NCBI RefSeq assembly: GCF_001194135.2
Contig: NC_068983.1
Span: 82,512,203 to 82,555,064, forward strand
From: Octopus bimaculoides
Lineage: Eukaryota
DNA length: 42,862 bases
Direction: 5' to 3'
Part shown: one piece after another, positions 1 to 11,990 of the stretch
Layout of the letters: each line of letters opens with the position of its first letter
How positions within the stretch are numbered: the first letter of the stretch is position 1
Position numbers and translations under genes: made by a program
The notes under the pieces: generated by a model
The model's input: only the letters and a program-made list of their open reading frames with translations
Database searches by the model: none
What the model was told of the DNA's origin: nothing

Positions 1-394
1 GGGTCAAACGGTCGAATCTATTCAACCATGTTTTAAGTCTTTAGCAACACCAATTACAAAGAACTTGGGAGTGGTACTAAAATATGGAGAGAAGTATTGA
101 CAGACAGAAACTGGATGGGAGCTGTCTTCAATAATTCAAGTAATGCTATATGTTCAAAATTAATCATACATGCTGGTTTTGTTGTTGTTATTGTTGCTGC
201 TACTGTTGTTATTGTCACTTACTTTTTTGTAGTTTGACGCTACTTGCCTTCAGAACTCCCTAGGGAATTTTATGCTAGCTTCATCACTTTTATTTATTTA
301 TATATTTTTTTCTTTGTTTTGAAATGAGATCAAACTTCAGCAATTTATACCGATAGATTTTAGACACTTTTTTTCTGCAACTGGTAAGATTATG

Positions 395-479
395 TAGGGG
401 GTGCAAATTTTGATCTTGCACACCCTGAAAATTCTAGGGGGTGCGGGTGCACCCGCTGCACCCCCTGTTCCCGGGCCCT
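395..479. mobile_element. GC-rich terminal fragment of a putative hAT-like DNA transposon or MITE
   Basis: TAGGGGGTGC occurs twice and there is a GGGGTGC..GCACCCC hairpin. The segment ends in CCCGGGCCCT, resembling CAGGGCC-type terminal repeats. No partner end was found. Confidence 0.35.
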
Positions 480-1131
480 TGGGAGTATCAGCGGAGTATT
501 AAAGACTGAAAGTGAGGTGATGTGACAAGTACAGAGTGTGTTACACGTATGTCTGTAGGCTCACGTCCAATACATGGGACAACGCAATTTAAGAATGAGA
601 GTTAAGGATATTTGCAGTGATAAAAAAGAACCCTGTTTTCCTGTCAGTTTTGACTGAAGCACAATGTAAGTTGCTTGTGAGTACAGAGATCATGAAAAAT
701 ATATGGTCCACGGGGATCAGTATAGGCTCTGAAAACCACAAAACCATTCCAATGCAATTCCTTGTCATAAATTCTGGAACAAAAGCAATGAGACTGCAAT
801 GCAAAGCAGAAAATTAAGCGTTTACATTTGCGGCAATAAGAGCCACTGGAGCGCTTTCTATCTTGAAGAACTTGGAAGGCAAATGACAAAAAAGCAGAAG
901 GACTCGCAACAACAACAGCAAGACTAACGTTTTTATTACCTATGCTTCGTTTGTCTTCACATTGTAACATCTTTCTATGCGATTTTATTGTAGGAGTGGG
1001 CCCGGTGACAATAATAATGGAAAGATTATTATTTTTCTTGTTGTTTAGAACGTCGGAAAAATGCCTTATGATAGTTTTTTTTTGGTTTAAAAAAAAAACA
1101 AACTCTGAATTGAAAATCTACTTAGCTCCAC

Positions 1132-1255
1132 TACTTTTCATCCCTCTGGCGTCGATGAACTAAAGTTCCATTTACGTACCGGGATCGGTGCAATCGACTA
1201 ATCGCCTTCCCCTAAAAATTCTGGTCAAGATTTGAAGCCATTATTATAATTAATT
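1132..1255 (+). mobile_element. SINE family A, degraded 3' half
   Basis: Similar to the 3' half of the other family A copies (cttttcatcc..gtcgat..aatcgact..tttgaa). Confidence 0.55.
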
Positions 1256-1328
1256 TTACTGAAATATATATATGTGTTATCAGGTTTAAAATACCAATTG
1301 CGTTTTCTGTGTTTATTATTATTGCTAA

Positions 1329-1499
1329 GGCGGCAAGCTGGCAGAATCGTTAGCACGCCGGACAAAATGCTTAGCGGTAGTTCTTCCGTCTTTACGTTCT
1401 AAGTTCAAATTATGCTAAGGTCAACTTTGCCTTTTGTCCTTTCGAAGTCGATAAAATAAGTACCAGTTGAGTGCTTGTGCCAAAATTTGAAACCAATAT
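1329..1499 (+). mobile_element. tRNA-derived SINE family A (internal deletion)
   Basis: Starts GGCGGCAAGCTGGCAGAATCGTTAGC with A-box-like TGGCAGAATCG and B-box-like AGTTCAAAT. Homologous to about 10 other copies in the window. Confidence 0.85.
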
Positions 1500-1747
1500 G
1501 AATAGTTGAAGTATTATTTTAGTGCTTTGACTTGTCATTGTGTATATAACTATACACGCACATGCACGTACATATGTATAAATATAGCATAGTATTCTAT
1601 AGTATGCTGCAATGTACGACATGTAACCATACATCTTGGCTTATAAGAAAGTTCCACACACCACTATTATACCCAGCGTCGTTAGATGAAGGCCATCAAA
1701 TCTGGGAATCAGCCATTGCACAGAATTAGTCACGTTATAGTATCAAG

Positions 1748-1938
1748 GGTTTAAGATTTTGGCGCAAGGTTAGCAATATCGGGGAAAGTCGACTACATCG
1801 ATTCCGGTGACCAACTGGTACTTATTTAATCGATTTCGAAAAGTAAAGTCGATCTCAGCAAATTTTGAACTCATAAACGGATGAAATGCTGCTAAGCATT
1901 TTGCCCGGCGTACTAACGATTCTGCCAGTTCGCCGCCT
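1748..1938 (-). mobile_element. tRNA-derived SINE family A
   Basis: Reverse complement of the family A sequence (gattctgccagttcgccgcc, tttgaactc). Confidence 0.85.
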
Positions 1939-2920
1939 CAAAATTTAATTATACGTATTAAAATACATTAAGCAGATATTTAAGCATCGAGGACCTAATC
2001 AAACTTAAGTACCTTTAAAAATAAAAATGTTTTTACTTTTATGCCACGAATGTATCAGCAGTTAAGTTTTGTCAACCGGTTATTTGCGGCTTAACTAAAC
2101 GTGCAAACTCTCAAACTAGTAGATGGGCCTCATTGTCAGAACATCGGGCAAAAAAGTAGCTGCTGCATCTATTTATGGCCATTTACGACCTGAGTACAAA
2201 TCCATTCAAGGACACCGTTGTCTTTAGTTAGTCTGAATTCAATAAAAATAAACCAAACAGACGAGTACTAAGACCAATTTAAACATTCCTATAATACGTG
2301 AATGAAATTAAAATAGTTTAAGGAATCATATGTCACTTATATAAAAACAACATTCTAAGGAATAAAATATTGAATATAAAAAAAAACGAAAGAAATGGTT
2401 TTATATTCAAGAATATACGATTGATAGAAATTGCATAGATATATATTGCTTATACATTGTTAATATACACCCACTAACATCAACAACAGAAATCTGAGAA
2501 AAACAATACCCGGTAAAGGTAGTGGGGTGACTATCTATTGTTATTAAAACTTGCAACAAAATCTAACTTTATTCTAATCTATATAAAGAAAAATAAGAAC
2601 AGATAAAGCGAAAACAGCAAAACAACGACGAAATAGCTACTGCGATATGTGAACAGACTTTCTAAGACTTCTGTCTTCTTAACATCTATATAGTGACTCT
2701 CTTGGGTTGTTTGCTTAACCAAAAGGTAGACAGACGACGATAACAATAATAAATAAATTAAACAAACAAAAAGAAAATCTCTCATGTGTCAACAATTCAG
2801 TAAATGTTCATGTGGCTTCTGTGACAAATACCTTTACAAGGTTTCCGGTGATGCGATGGGCAAAACACAGAGCTGAGAATGTGAAATCTTAATGTAAGAA
2901 ATCATTTATATACGTACGTA

Positions 2921-2921
2921 T

Positions 2922-2957
<36 letters not shown>

Positions 2958-3194
2958 TTATATATATATATATATATACATATGGACATATATACACACA
3001 CATACAAAATTATATACATACACATATAGAGATAATATATATTACATAATACGTTCTATATAAATATACATAATACATTATAAATGTACTTGCGTTTGAA
3101 TGTATGTATGTATGAGTGTGTGTGTCTGTGTCTGTGTGTTTTAGCGAGCGTGTGTGCGTGTGCGTTCACGTGCGTGCATATATGTGTATGTGTG

Positions 3195-3226
<32 letters not shown>

Positions 3227-3251
3227 TGTATATATATATATATATATATAT
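2921..3251. repeat. (TA)n/(TG)n/(TATG)n microsatellites leading into an N gap (3252-3431)
   Basis: Direct inspection. Confidence 0.95.
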
Positions 3252-3762
3252 NNNNNNNNNNNNNNNNNNNNNNNNNNNNNNNNNNNNNNNNNNNNNNNNN
3301 NNNNNNNNNNNNNNNNNNNNNNNNNNNNNNNNNNNNNNNNNNNNNNNNNNNNNNNNNNNNNNNNNNNNNNNNNNNNNNNNNNNNNNNNNNNNNNNNNNNN
3401 NNNNNNNNNNNNNNNNNNNNNNNNNNNNNNNATATATGTACTTATGATTTATTTCTGCATTGTTTTGTTGAACTTTTATATTAAAACTTGATATCAATTT
3501 AAAACTTAGACAGGAGAATATATTAAAGCGTATAATGTGAATAATGATAACAGAAATCATATTTTTATTGTTGGTGTTGTTTGTAACCCCAAGTCAGCCG
3601 TCATGAAACAGACCTACGATCAAAAGTTAATCATAGTCGGTAATTGGTCAGTTTTGACCAACAGATCGTTATGTATATTTGAAAATGGATTTTCTTTCCT
3701 TGGCTCAACTGGATTTGATTTATGGGATTTTGGGCTGCTATATTGAGCTGATAAAATATAAA

Positions 3763-4150
3763 GGCGGTGAGCTGGCAGAATTGTTAGCACGCCGGGAAAA
3801 ATGCTTAGGGGCATTTCGTCCGTTGTTGATTCCAAGAGTCAGAATGCCTGTTGTCAGTCCATTATTGTTCAGTCCCAGGCTGGTGATCAAACACACTCCA
3901 GCCATGATCATTTCATCTTCTTTTTCCCCTATATAGTGTATCTAAGACTACATTATCTAATGTATTCTTCTCTTCTTAAGATGCTAGTATGAAATTTGAC
4001 GTTCTGAGTTCAAGTTCCGCCGAGGCCGACATTGCCTTTCACCTTTCGGGCTTGTTGAAATAAATACCAGCTAAGCACTGGGGTCGATGTAATCGACTTG
4101 CCTCCTCCACCGAAATTGCTGGCCATATGCCAAAATTTGAAACCAATATT
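3763..4150 (+). mobile_element. SINE family A split by a ~170-bp insertion (about 3824-3994)
   Basis: Head with A box at 3763-3823; the element resumes at 3995 with the B box GAGTTCAAGTTC and ends aaatttgaaaccaatatt. Confidence 0.8.
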
Positions 4151-4231
4151 TAGCTGATAAATGGACCAAGTAGAGACCCCTTGTTCTTAATAATAATATT
4201 TTTCTACCTAGCCACAATAGAGGTGAAGGCA

Positions 4232-4310
4232 TACCATTTGGTCGGCCCGAGGTTATAGTAGAAGACACTTGCCCAGGGTGCCATGCAGTAGGTGTGACGA
4301 AGGAACCATG
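4232..4310 (-). mobile_element. SINE family B fragment
   Basis: ggtcggcccgaggttatagtagaagacacttgcccagggtgccatgcagt matches the family B copies at 10.6, 12.4, 20.7 and 37.7 kb. Confidence 0.75.
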
Positions 4311-4326
4311 ACAAATAAGCAATGAC

Positions 4327-4359
<33 letters not shown>

Positions 4360-4390
4360 TAATAATAACAATAATAATAATTAATAATGA

Positions 4391-4582
4391 CCCTTTCTAC
4401 TACTGGATTTTGTGGGGATGGGGATTGGTGACTACATCGATCCCAGTGTTTCACTGGTTCTTAATTTATCGAACCCGAAGGGATGCAACGCAAAGTCGAC
4501 TCTGCAGAATCTAAACTCAGAACGTAGGGACGAGCGAAATACCGCTAAGCATTTCGTCCAGCGTGCTGACCATTCTGCCAGT
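4391..4582 (-). mobile_element. SINE family A with (ATT)n tail (plus-strand AAT tract 4328-4389)
   Basis: Reverse complement of family A, including the ..gtagtagaaagg 3' end. Confidence 0.8.
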
Positions 4583-5270
4583 GAATAAAGAGTGAATGAT
4601 ACAATTGCCCATATCACGAGCGAACGCCTTTGTCTTGCCCAAAACCAGTACAAGTTGTGGCGACATGATCAGGTATCGAAAGTGCTCCTTTGGAAACTGT
4701 GCGAAAAGTGGAGGCTAGAGAGAGGCAAAACGTGGTATGAGCACAAACCGCAGATTAGCAGAGTAGGAGACTAACAAAATCCTGTAGGATTTCCCATTCC
4801 AAACAGATCAAGTGCTAGAACATAACAGACCGGACTTAGTGGTGGTGGACAAGGAGCGCCACATATGCTATATAATTGATGTTGGGTGCCTAATTGACGC
4901 ACGAATAATCAAAAAGGAAGGCGAAAAGATACATAAATACAACGGTCTTGAGTACGAAATAGCTCGGCTATGGAAAATGAAGAAGGTGAAAATAGGGGTA
5001 ATTATTGCTGGGTCCTTGGGAACATGGGAACAATATCAGAAGGCATCAAGGAGAATATAAAGGAAATTAGAATAGAGTTCCCAGTAGAACTGTTACAAAA
5101 GGTTTGCCTCCTTGGCACGGCCAGAATAACCAGGAAAGTATTAGATAACTGAAAAGAGCGAAAAACATGTTACTGCAGGCTGCAGGTAGGTAGGCTGCAG
5201 GTAGGAAGCCTGCTACATATGCAAGACTCCAGGAGCTCCAACAAAACCTTTGATAAAGAGAAATAGTAAT
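4583..5270 (+). mobile_element. 5'-truncated R4/Dong-like non-LTR retrotransposon, RLE domain and 3' UTR (frameshifted)
   Basis: Frames give TIAHITS..YKLWRHDQV (zinc knuckle end), NRPDLVVVDKERHICYIIDV (PD..D nuclease motif), KIHKY and LLQKVCLLGTARITRKVLDN*. The 3' UTR matches the copy at 15753-16102. Confidence 0.85.
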
Positions 5271-5431
5271 GATATGTTTAGACAGCCATTCTCTAAAACA
5301 ATACTCTATGCAAAACAATAACTATGGCACCCTAGTCATAACACTGACTTGAACTTCTAACTTGTTGTCTCTTGAGGTATCTAGATGAGACTTGGAGTCA
5401 ACTTTTACAAATACAAAGCAAAAGCCAAACA

Positions 5432-5638
<207 letters not shown>

Positions 5639-7342
5639 GGACTACTACGTACTGTAATAGTATTCAGTGATGACATTGGGATGAAATTTGGTCTTGATAA
5701 TTGTACCAAGGCCAGAAAGGGAAACTGGTGACCTCACATTCAGTGGAGTTGAATGTTGACAGTCATAAAAGAACTGGAGCGGGAACAGATTTACAAATAC
5801 CTCGGAATAAATGTGGGTCCTGGCATTCAGCATGCAAGTATGAAAGAGAAGATCAGGGAGGGGTGTTACAGGGGAGTTCGAGCAGTCCTAAAATTCGAGT
5901 TAAATGCACATAACAAGGTGTTAGCTATAAATTCCTTAGCAGTTCCAGTTATTGTTTACAATTTCAGTGTGTTGAACTGAAATATGAGCGAAATAAGGAA
6001 AATTGACAGGAAAATCCATAAACGTCTGACTTGCAATAAAATACACCACCCAAAGGCAGGCTAAGCTCCTCTTTGCCTACCCAGAGATCGAGGAGGTCGA
6101 GGCGTGATCCAATTTGAAATCTCCTACAAAACCATCATAATTGAACTGGCAAAATATCTTGAAACATCTAATGACTGGATGCTAAAGCTCGTTGAAAACC
6201 ATGAAAAGCGTAAGAAGCTACATTCTGTTATGAAAGAGAGCAAAATATTTTCAAGTGAGTTTATACATAATTCCTACGTTGAACAGCGTGAGGGAAGTGC
6301 AGCAGCTGTAGTTGCAAAGAAGGTTAAATCAATAGCAAAGCAAAATGCGTTTGAACAATTGGCTGATAGGTGGGAACAAAAACCTGTGTGGCAAATATGT
6401 GGACCGTAGCAAACAAGCTGATGTAGACCAAAAACAGACCCATCAGTGGCTACGAAGCTCAGGGCTAAAGGTAGAGAGTGAAGGCTTTATCTTGGCTGCC
6501 CAACATCAGAGCTAATTGACCCGGGACTATCAAGCCAATGTGATGGAAAATTGTGTATACCCACAGTGCTGATACAGCAATGATGGGATAGAAACAGTGG
6601 ACCACCTAGTCCCTGGTTGTAAGGTTTTAGCACTTGTAGAGTACAACTGAAGACATAACAGAGTTGACCAATATCTACACTGGTTAATGTGTCGGCATTA
6701 TAAAATCAAAACTTCTGACAAATGATACAAGCACCAGCCTGAGGCTGTAACTGAGGGATAAAATGTAACGATTCTTTGGGACTTCCCAGTATGTACAGAC
6801 CGGACCATCAAAGCAAATAAACCAGATATTGTTGCGAAAGACCAAAACAATAAAGTTTGTTTATTGATTGACATGAGTATACCCTGTGACCATGACATCT
6901 CGGTAAGAGAATTTGATAAGCTCAGAAAATATAAAGATTTGTTCATTGAAATCGAAAAGATGTGGCATCTCAAGGCGGTTACAATACCAGTGATTGTAGG
7001 ACCACTTTGAATGATCAAAAACGGAACTGAAAATTATTTAAGAAAGATCCCTGGCTTACCATCCATACAGGAAGTGCAAAAGATAGTCTTAACTGGTACG
7101 TCACACGTATTAAGAAGAGCATTGTCGCTGTGAATTTTTTTCCCTTTTTATCCTTTATTTTTTTGTTTCCTTTTTTAAAAATTTTCTCTCGGTCTTTCTC
7201 CCCTTTTTCTCTATCACATGACGTTGTAAATGGACAATTTGCTGTGTTTATTTTAATGGCTTACCAATGTTTACAGTGCGTTTTTTTTCTTTGCCCTAAG
7301 TGTCAGGAAGACACTCGACAAGAATTGAAAGATGATAATGAA

Positions 7343-7393
<51 letters not shown>
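5639..7393 (+). mobile_element. 5'-truncated R4/Dong-like retrotransposon (RT C-terminal part, zinc knuckle, RLE, 3' UTR, (AAT)n tail)
   Basis: GLLRTVIVFSDDIGMKFGLD (late RT), YKYLGIN, LPRDRGGRG-like, QWLRSSGLK, RHNRV, KPDIVAKD..LLID, KLRKYKDL and GTSHVLRRALSL* (stop 7131-7133). AAT tail at 7342-7393. Multiple stops and frameshifts. Confidence 0.9.
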
Positions 7394-7394
<1 letters not shown>

Positions 7395-7534
7395 TCAATC
7401 CTTTCAACTGAAGGCATAAGGTTTTGCCTTTCATTCTTTCGGGGTCGATAAATTAAGTACCAGTGAAACACGGGGGTCGATGCAATCGACTAGTTCCTTC
7501 CCATATTTCAGGCCTTGCGCCTACAGTAGAAAGG
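7394..7534 (+). mobile_element. SINE family A 3' half (+, 7421-7534) preceded by an inverted family A 3' tip (-, 7394-7420)
   Basis: aatcctttcaactgaaggcataagg is the reverse complement of the family A end; the plus copy ends cagtagaaagg followed by (ATT)n. Confidence 0.75.

Positions 7535-7605
<71 letters not shown>
7535..7605. repeat. (ATT)n microsatellite shared by a SINE tail and a LINE tail
   Basis: Direct inspection. Confidence 0.95.
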
Positions 7606-7608
<3 letters not shown>

Positions 7609-8345
7609 ACTGTTCAGCATTTGTCAGATTGAGGTAAATGTCTGCTGCATCACCTGCTACACCTCTGTGTTGCTGGGATGTGTGCAGCATTGTGTGTTCC
7701 TTTCTGCTATTGGGAGTCTGCAATCTCTTCCCGGTACTGTATTGTGTTAGTTTTTTTCTTCTCTTGAGGTGTGGTGCAGTATTTTGTTATGTTACTGCTT
7801 GTATTGTATGTCGAGTGTATAATGCATAGGTTCTTTAGATTGCTGGTGGAAGTCTATTTCACTGGGCAATTGCTGTATAGAGTGTGTCTTGTATTTGTGG
7901 GTTTTGTCCGAGTTGTACTATTAGATTGATAGGGTCTTGCTTAGTACGTGGACTGTTCCTAGCAGGGCTACTTTTTGGACGGTGTGTAGTTTTGGGGATC
8001 CAGGTATAGTTTCCACGTTTTCCATATGTAGCCTTAGCATACTCAATGCTCCAGTTGTTATTGCTATTGTTTTTACCTTCATGCCACACATCTTGAATAC
8101 TTCAATTTCGAGGTCTTTGTACTTAGACAATTTCTCCACTTCTTTTTTGACAATATTTTGATCAGAAGGGACTGCAATGTCTATCAGTAAGCAGGTGTTT
8201 TTTTTTTCCCCCAGTCCTTGATTATTATGTTTGGGCGATTAGCTTTTATTTCTTTGTCGGTTTGAACCGGCATATCTTAGAGGATTGTAGCCTGGTCATT
8301 GTCTTGTACCTTGTTTGACACATGCTTATACCACCTCGTGTCAGT
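7606..8345 (-). mobile_element. 5'-truncated R4/Dong-like retrotransposon (RLE and 3' UTR)
   Basis: WYKH..QTDKEIKANRPNIIIKD..TCLLIDIAVPSD..EKLSKYKDLEIE..QKVALLGTVHVLSKTLSI* (stop 7921-7923). Its tail reads (AAT)n on the minus strand. Confidence 0.85.
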
Positions 8346-8409
8346 TTTTATATTGAAACTGGTGCTTATTTTATCGACTCCGAGAGGATGAAAGGCAAAG
8401 TCGTTAGGC

Positions 8410-9167
8410 GAGGAAATGACTAGTGAGTGGTCAGCTTGAAAATGGTTTAAACGATTTCACAGTGAAGACCTTAAAAATGAAGATCGTGAGCGTAGTGGAC
8501 GCTCATCTGTCATCGATGACGGTCAATTAAAGACCGTCAATGAGAAAAATCTACGTAAAACCACTTGTGAACAGGCCAAAGAAATTCAAGTTAGCCATAA
8601 AAATGCCTGAAACAATTTGCATGCGATCGGAAAATCAAAAAAGCTCGACAAAAATTGGTACCACACGATTTGAATGTAAATCCGAAAATCACCGATATGA
8701 AATTTGTTCGGCGCTTCTTCTCCGTACCCAGACCGATCCATTTCTCGACCGTATCGTAACTTGCAATGAAAAGTGGATTCTGTACAATAATAAAAAACGC
8801 TCTTCGCAGTGGTTGGACCAAAATGAAGCGCCGAAAACCTCTAAATCTCAGCTCTTCAAAAGGAAGGTTATGATGACTGTTTTGCGGTGTACTGTTGGAC
8901 TCAGGCACTATAACTTCTTAAAACCCAGAAAAACCATTACTGCAGAAACACATTGACATGAAATTGCCAAGATGAACGAAAAACTGCTACTCCTCCGTCC
9001 CAGACTGGTCAACAGAAGAGAGCCAATCATTCTTCATGACAATGTTCGACCACACGTTTCGCTAATGACGCTCTAGAAGTTGAGGGAACTTGGCTACGAA
9101 GTTCTTCCCCACTCAGCTTATTCTCCAGACCTTTCTTCCGCTGACTATGACTTTTATAAGCACCTTG
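8410..9167 (+). mobile_element. Mariner transposase pseudogene, truncated by an N gap
   Basis: WFKRF..EDRERSGR, RIVTCNEKWILY, LHDNVRPH and HSAYSPDLSSADYDFYKHL motifs. Confidence 0.9.
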
Positions 9168-9849
9168 NNNNNNNNNNNNNNNNNNNNNNNNNNNNNNNNN
9201 NNNNNNNNNNNNNNNNNNNNNNNNNNNNNNNNNNNNNNNNNNNNNNNNNNNNNNNNNNNNNNNNNNNNNNNNNNNNNNNNNNNNNNNNNNNNNNNNNNNN
9301 NNNNNNNNNNNNNNNNNNNNNNNNNNNNNNNNNNNNNNNNNNNNNNNNNNNNNNNNNNNNNNNNNNNNNNNNNNNNNNNNNNNNNNNNNNNNNNNNNNNN
9401 NNNNNNNNNNNNNNNNNNNNNNNNNNNNNNNNNNNNNNNNNNNNNNNNNNNNNNNNNNNNNNNNNNNNNNNNNNNNNNNNNNNNNNNNNNNNNNNNNNNN
9501 NNNNNNNNNNNNNNNNNNNNNNNNNNNNNNNNNNNNNNNNNNNNNNNNNNNNNNNNNNNNNNNNNNNNNNNNNNNNNNNNNNNNNNNNNNNNNNNNNNNN
9601 NNNNNNNNNNNNNNNNNNNNNNNNNNNNNNNNNNNNNNNNNNNNNNNNNNNNNNNNNNNNNNNNNNNNNNATATATATGGGTATATATATATTTATGTAC
9701 ATATTTATAATTATCTTTATGAATCATTATTTATTTAATTAATATTTATAATTAATATTCATAATTTATTATTTATTTATTCCACACACCTACATATACA
9801 TGGGGATGAATGTGCAGAGAAGGAGAAGGAAAAAGAGAAATATGATTGT

Positions 9850-10400
9850 CTTTATAATGAGAATTTCATGTGCATAACAAATGACAAATTAATCAATGTA
9901 ACTATATGTTGCTCAATAATATATTTGCCTTCGATTGAAATTATGGTGAAACAACTGTTTGTTATAACAAACTGCTTATGGACCCAATCTGTAGATTGCA
10001 GTTTGTGATCATTGTTTACTTCCCGCAGAGCTTGTCAATTGTCTCTTTCTCTACAATCACGTTTTATTTCCAGTTTAGTATTACTGATACAAATGCAGGT
10101 GCATCTATTGTCAAATTGATAAGAAATTCTTTCCACAATTGTTAAGTCTCACGTTTGATCCCGCTTAGCCAAACCTTGTCTAGATGTTTTAGACCAGTGC
10201 TTGTGTTCGACTTTAGTTAAAAGAGTGAAATCAGGTAATTGAAAACCAAATGAGGGACCCTTAATTTGATTGTATATATAAATCAAATGTCCGCTTTGAT
10301 TTTTATAAACTATATCACGCCGATTTTGCATGAGTATTACATTGAAAGTACCAGTGTCTGTATGCGTAGAATTCTTAAGAGCTTGTGGTTTAAACGAACA
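9850..10400 (-). mobile_element. Highly decayed reverse-transcriptase remnant, probably Penelope-like
   Basis: Minus frames give CSFKP..LIYIYNQIK, DFTLLTKVEH (cf. DFSTLYTKIPH) and ITNCNLQIGS..LL*QTV (cf. NCYF.IG..LLQ.IGIPMG). Family assignment is by recalled motif resemblance only. Confidence 0.45.
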
Positions 10401-10594
10401 TACTCACTGGTACTTATTTTATCGATTCCGAAAAGATGAAAGACAAAGTCGATACATGCTATGGCCGCGCCAACATTAAAAACCTCGCGTCACCTAAATT
10501 TCCTAAGCAGCCATCTTTCTGAGTAATATATCGGTTGGACTTTGTTTATCTTAGCTTAACAGACAAGAACAAATGTTTGCAACATTGTATTTTC

Positions 10595-11036
10595 CTTTTC
10601 TTTTTTTTTTTTTACTCGTTTTAGTCATTTGATTGCGGCCATGCTGGAGCATCACCTTTTGTCGAACGAATCGACGCTAAGGACCTATTCTTTGTTTGCC
10701 TAGTGCTTGTTCTGTCGACCTATTTTGTTGAACCGCTAAGTTACAGGTACGTAAGCACACCAACATCGGCTGTCAAGCGATGGTGGGGGAAAACACACTT
10801 ACACAGACACACACATACACGCACACACGCACACACACACACACACACACATACACACACATACATATATACGACGGGCCTCTTTCAGTTTCCGTCAACC
10901 AAATCCACTCACAGGGCTTTGGTCGACCCGAGGCTATTGTAGAAGAAACTTGCCCAGGATGCCACACAGTGGGACTGAACCCAGAACCATGTGGTTGGAA
11001 AGCAAGCTTCTTATCACACAGCTACTCCTGCGTCTA
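10595..11036 (-). mobile_element. tRNA-derived SINE family B with internal (TG)n/(TA)n microsatellite
   Basis: Minus strand starts GACGCAGGAGTAGCTGTGTGATAAG (A box) and carries B-box-like GGTTCAGTCCC. It ends ..CAAATGACTAAAACGAGTAAAAA. Confidence 0.9.
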
Positions 11037-11199
11037 TATTGCCACACGTGCACCTTTATGGCCACTCCTGCGACTAGATAGCCACTTCTGCGCCTATATA
11101 GCCACTCATGCGCCTTTATGGCCACTCCCACCTCTATGTAACCACTTCCGCGCCTATATAGCCGCTCCTGCACCTATATTGACACTTCTGCACAATGGA
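11020..11199. repeat. Minisatellite of nine 20-bp units (consensus AGCCACTCCTGCGCCTATAT)
   Basis: Exact 20-bp periodicity; the first unit is the 5' end of the adjacent family B SINE. Confidence 0.9.
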
Positions 11200-11237
11200 T
11201 ACATAAATTTATAATGTGTCAACAACACGTGCATGAT

Positions 11238-11450
11238 GTTGATTTCAAATTTTAGCATAGGGTCAGCAAATTCTAGGGAGGGTTAAGTTGATTACATTGA
11301 CCTCTGTGTTCTACTGGTACTTATTTTATCGAGCTCGGATGCATAAAAGGCAAAATCAAGTTCAACCGAATTTGAACTCAGAACGTATAGATGGACGAAA
11401 TTCTGTTAAGCATTTTGTCTGCGTGCTAACGATTCTGTTAGCTCGCCGCC
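11238..11450 (-). mobile_element. SINE family A
   Basis: Reverse complement of family A (aatttgaactcagaacg, gattctgttagctcgccgcc). Confidence 0.85.
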
Positions 11451-11865
11451 TGAACACAATTATTAAAAATATACCAACAATTTTAGTAACGTGCCAAGCG
11501 GATAGGTTAAACCAAACACTCTTACACAGTTGAAAACCCATCAGCTATTTTGTGTCAGAGTAAACTCATGATATTGCTAACCAGTAACTTCTTGTAAATG
11601 GTGTACCCGAAATTGCCCGTGAGCATTTTTGGTGCTGGACTGAGAGTAGAAAGTACATCACCCACATCCACTTGATATATGTACGTTAGCTGATCATGGG
11701 CTGGTAACCTGGTTTTCGCTAGTTTCTCTTACACTGTACCATTTGAGGCTTCCACAAAATCGGAGCGCTTCTCATCCGCGATAAATGGATTATTACTACT
11801 TTTTCCTTCCTCTGATTCGTAAACTAGCTCTATTAATTCTTTGTTTTTATTTTTTACTTTATTTA

Positions 11866-11866
11866 C

Positions 11867-11909
<43 letters not shown>

Positions 11910-11919
11910 ACATCATCAA

Positions 11920-11952
<33 letters not shown>

Positions 11953-11990
11953 TATCATCATCATCATCATCATCATCACCATCACCATCA
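11866..11990. repeat. (CAT)n microsatellite
   Basis: Direct inspection. Confidence 0.97.

Noticed and set aside
589-1163. Overlapping short ORFs near the window start
   Set aside because: No recognisable motif, no consistent frame and no convincing splice signals.
2579-2785. Hydrophobic 68-aa ORF on the minus strand
   Set aside because: Explained by T-rich low-complexity sequence; weak donor and no recognisable domain.
11020-11199. 20-bp tandem array as a CRISPR array
   Set aside because: No spacers, eukaryotic context, and the unit derives from a SINE.
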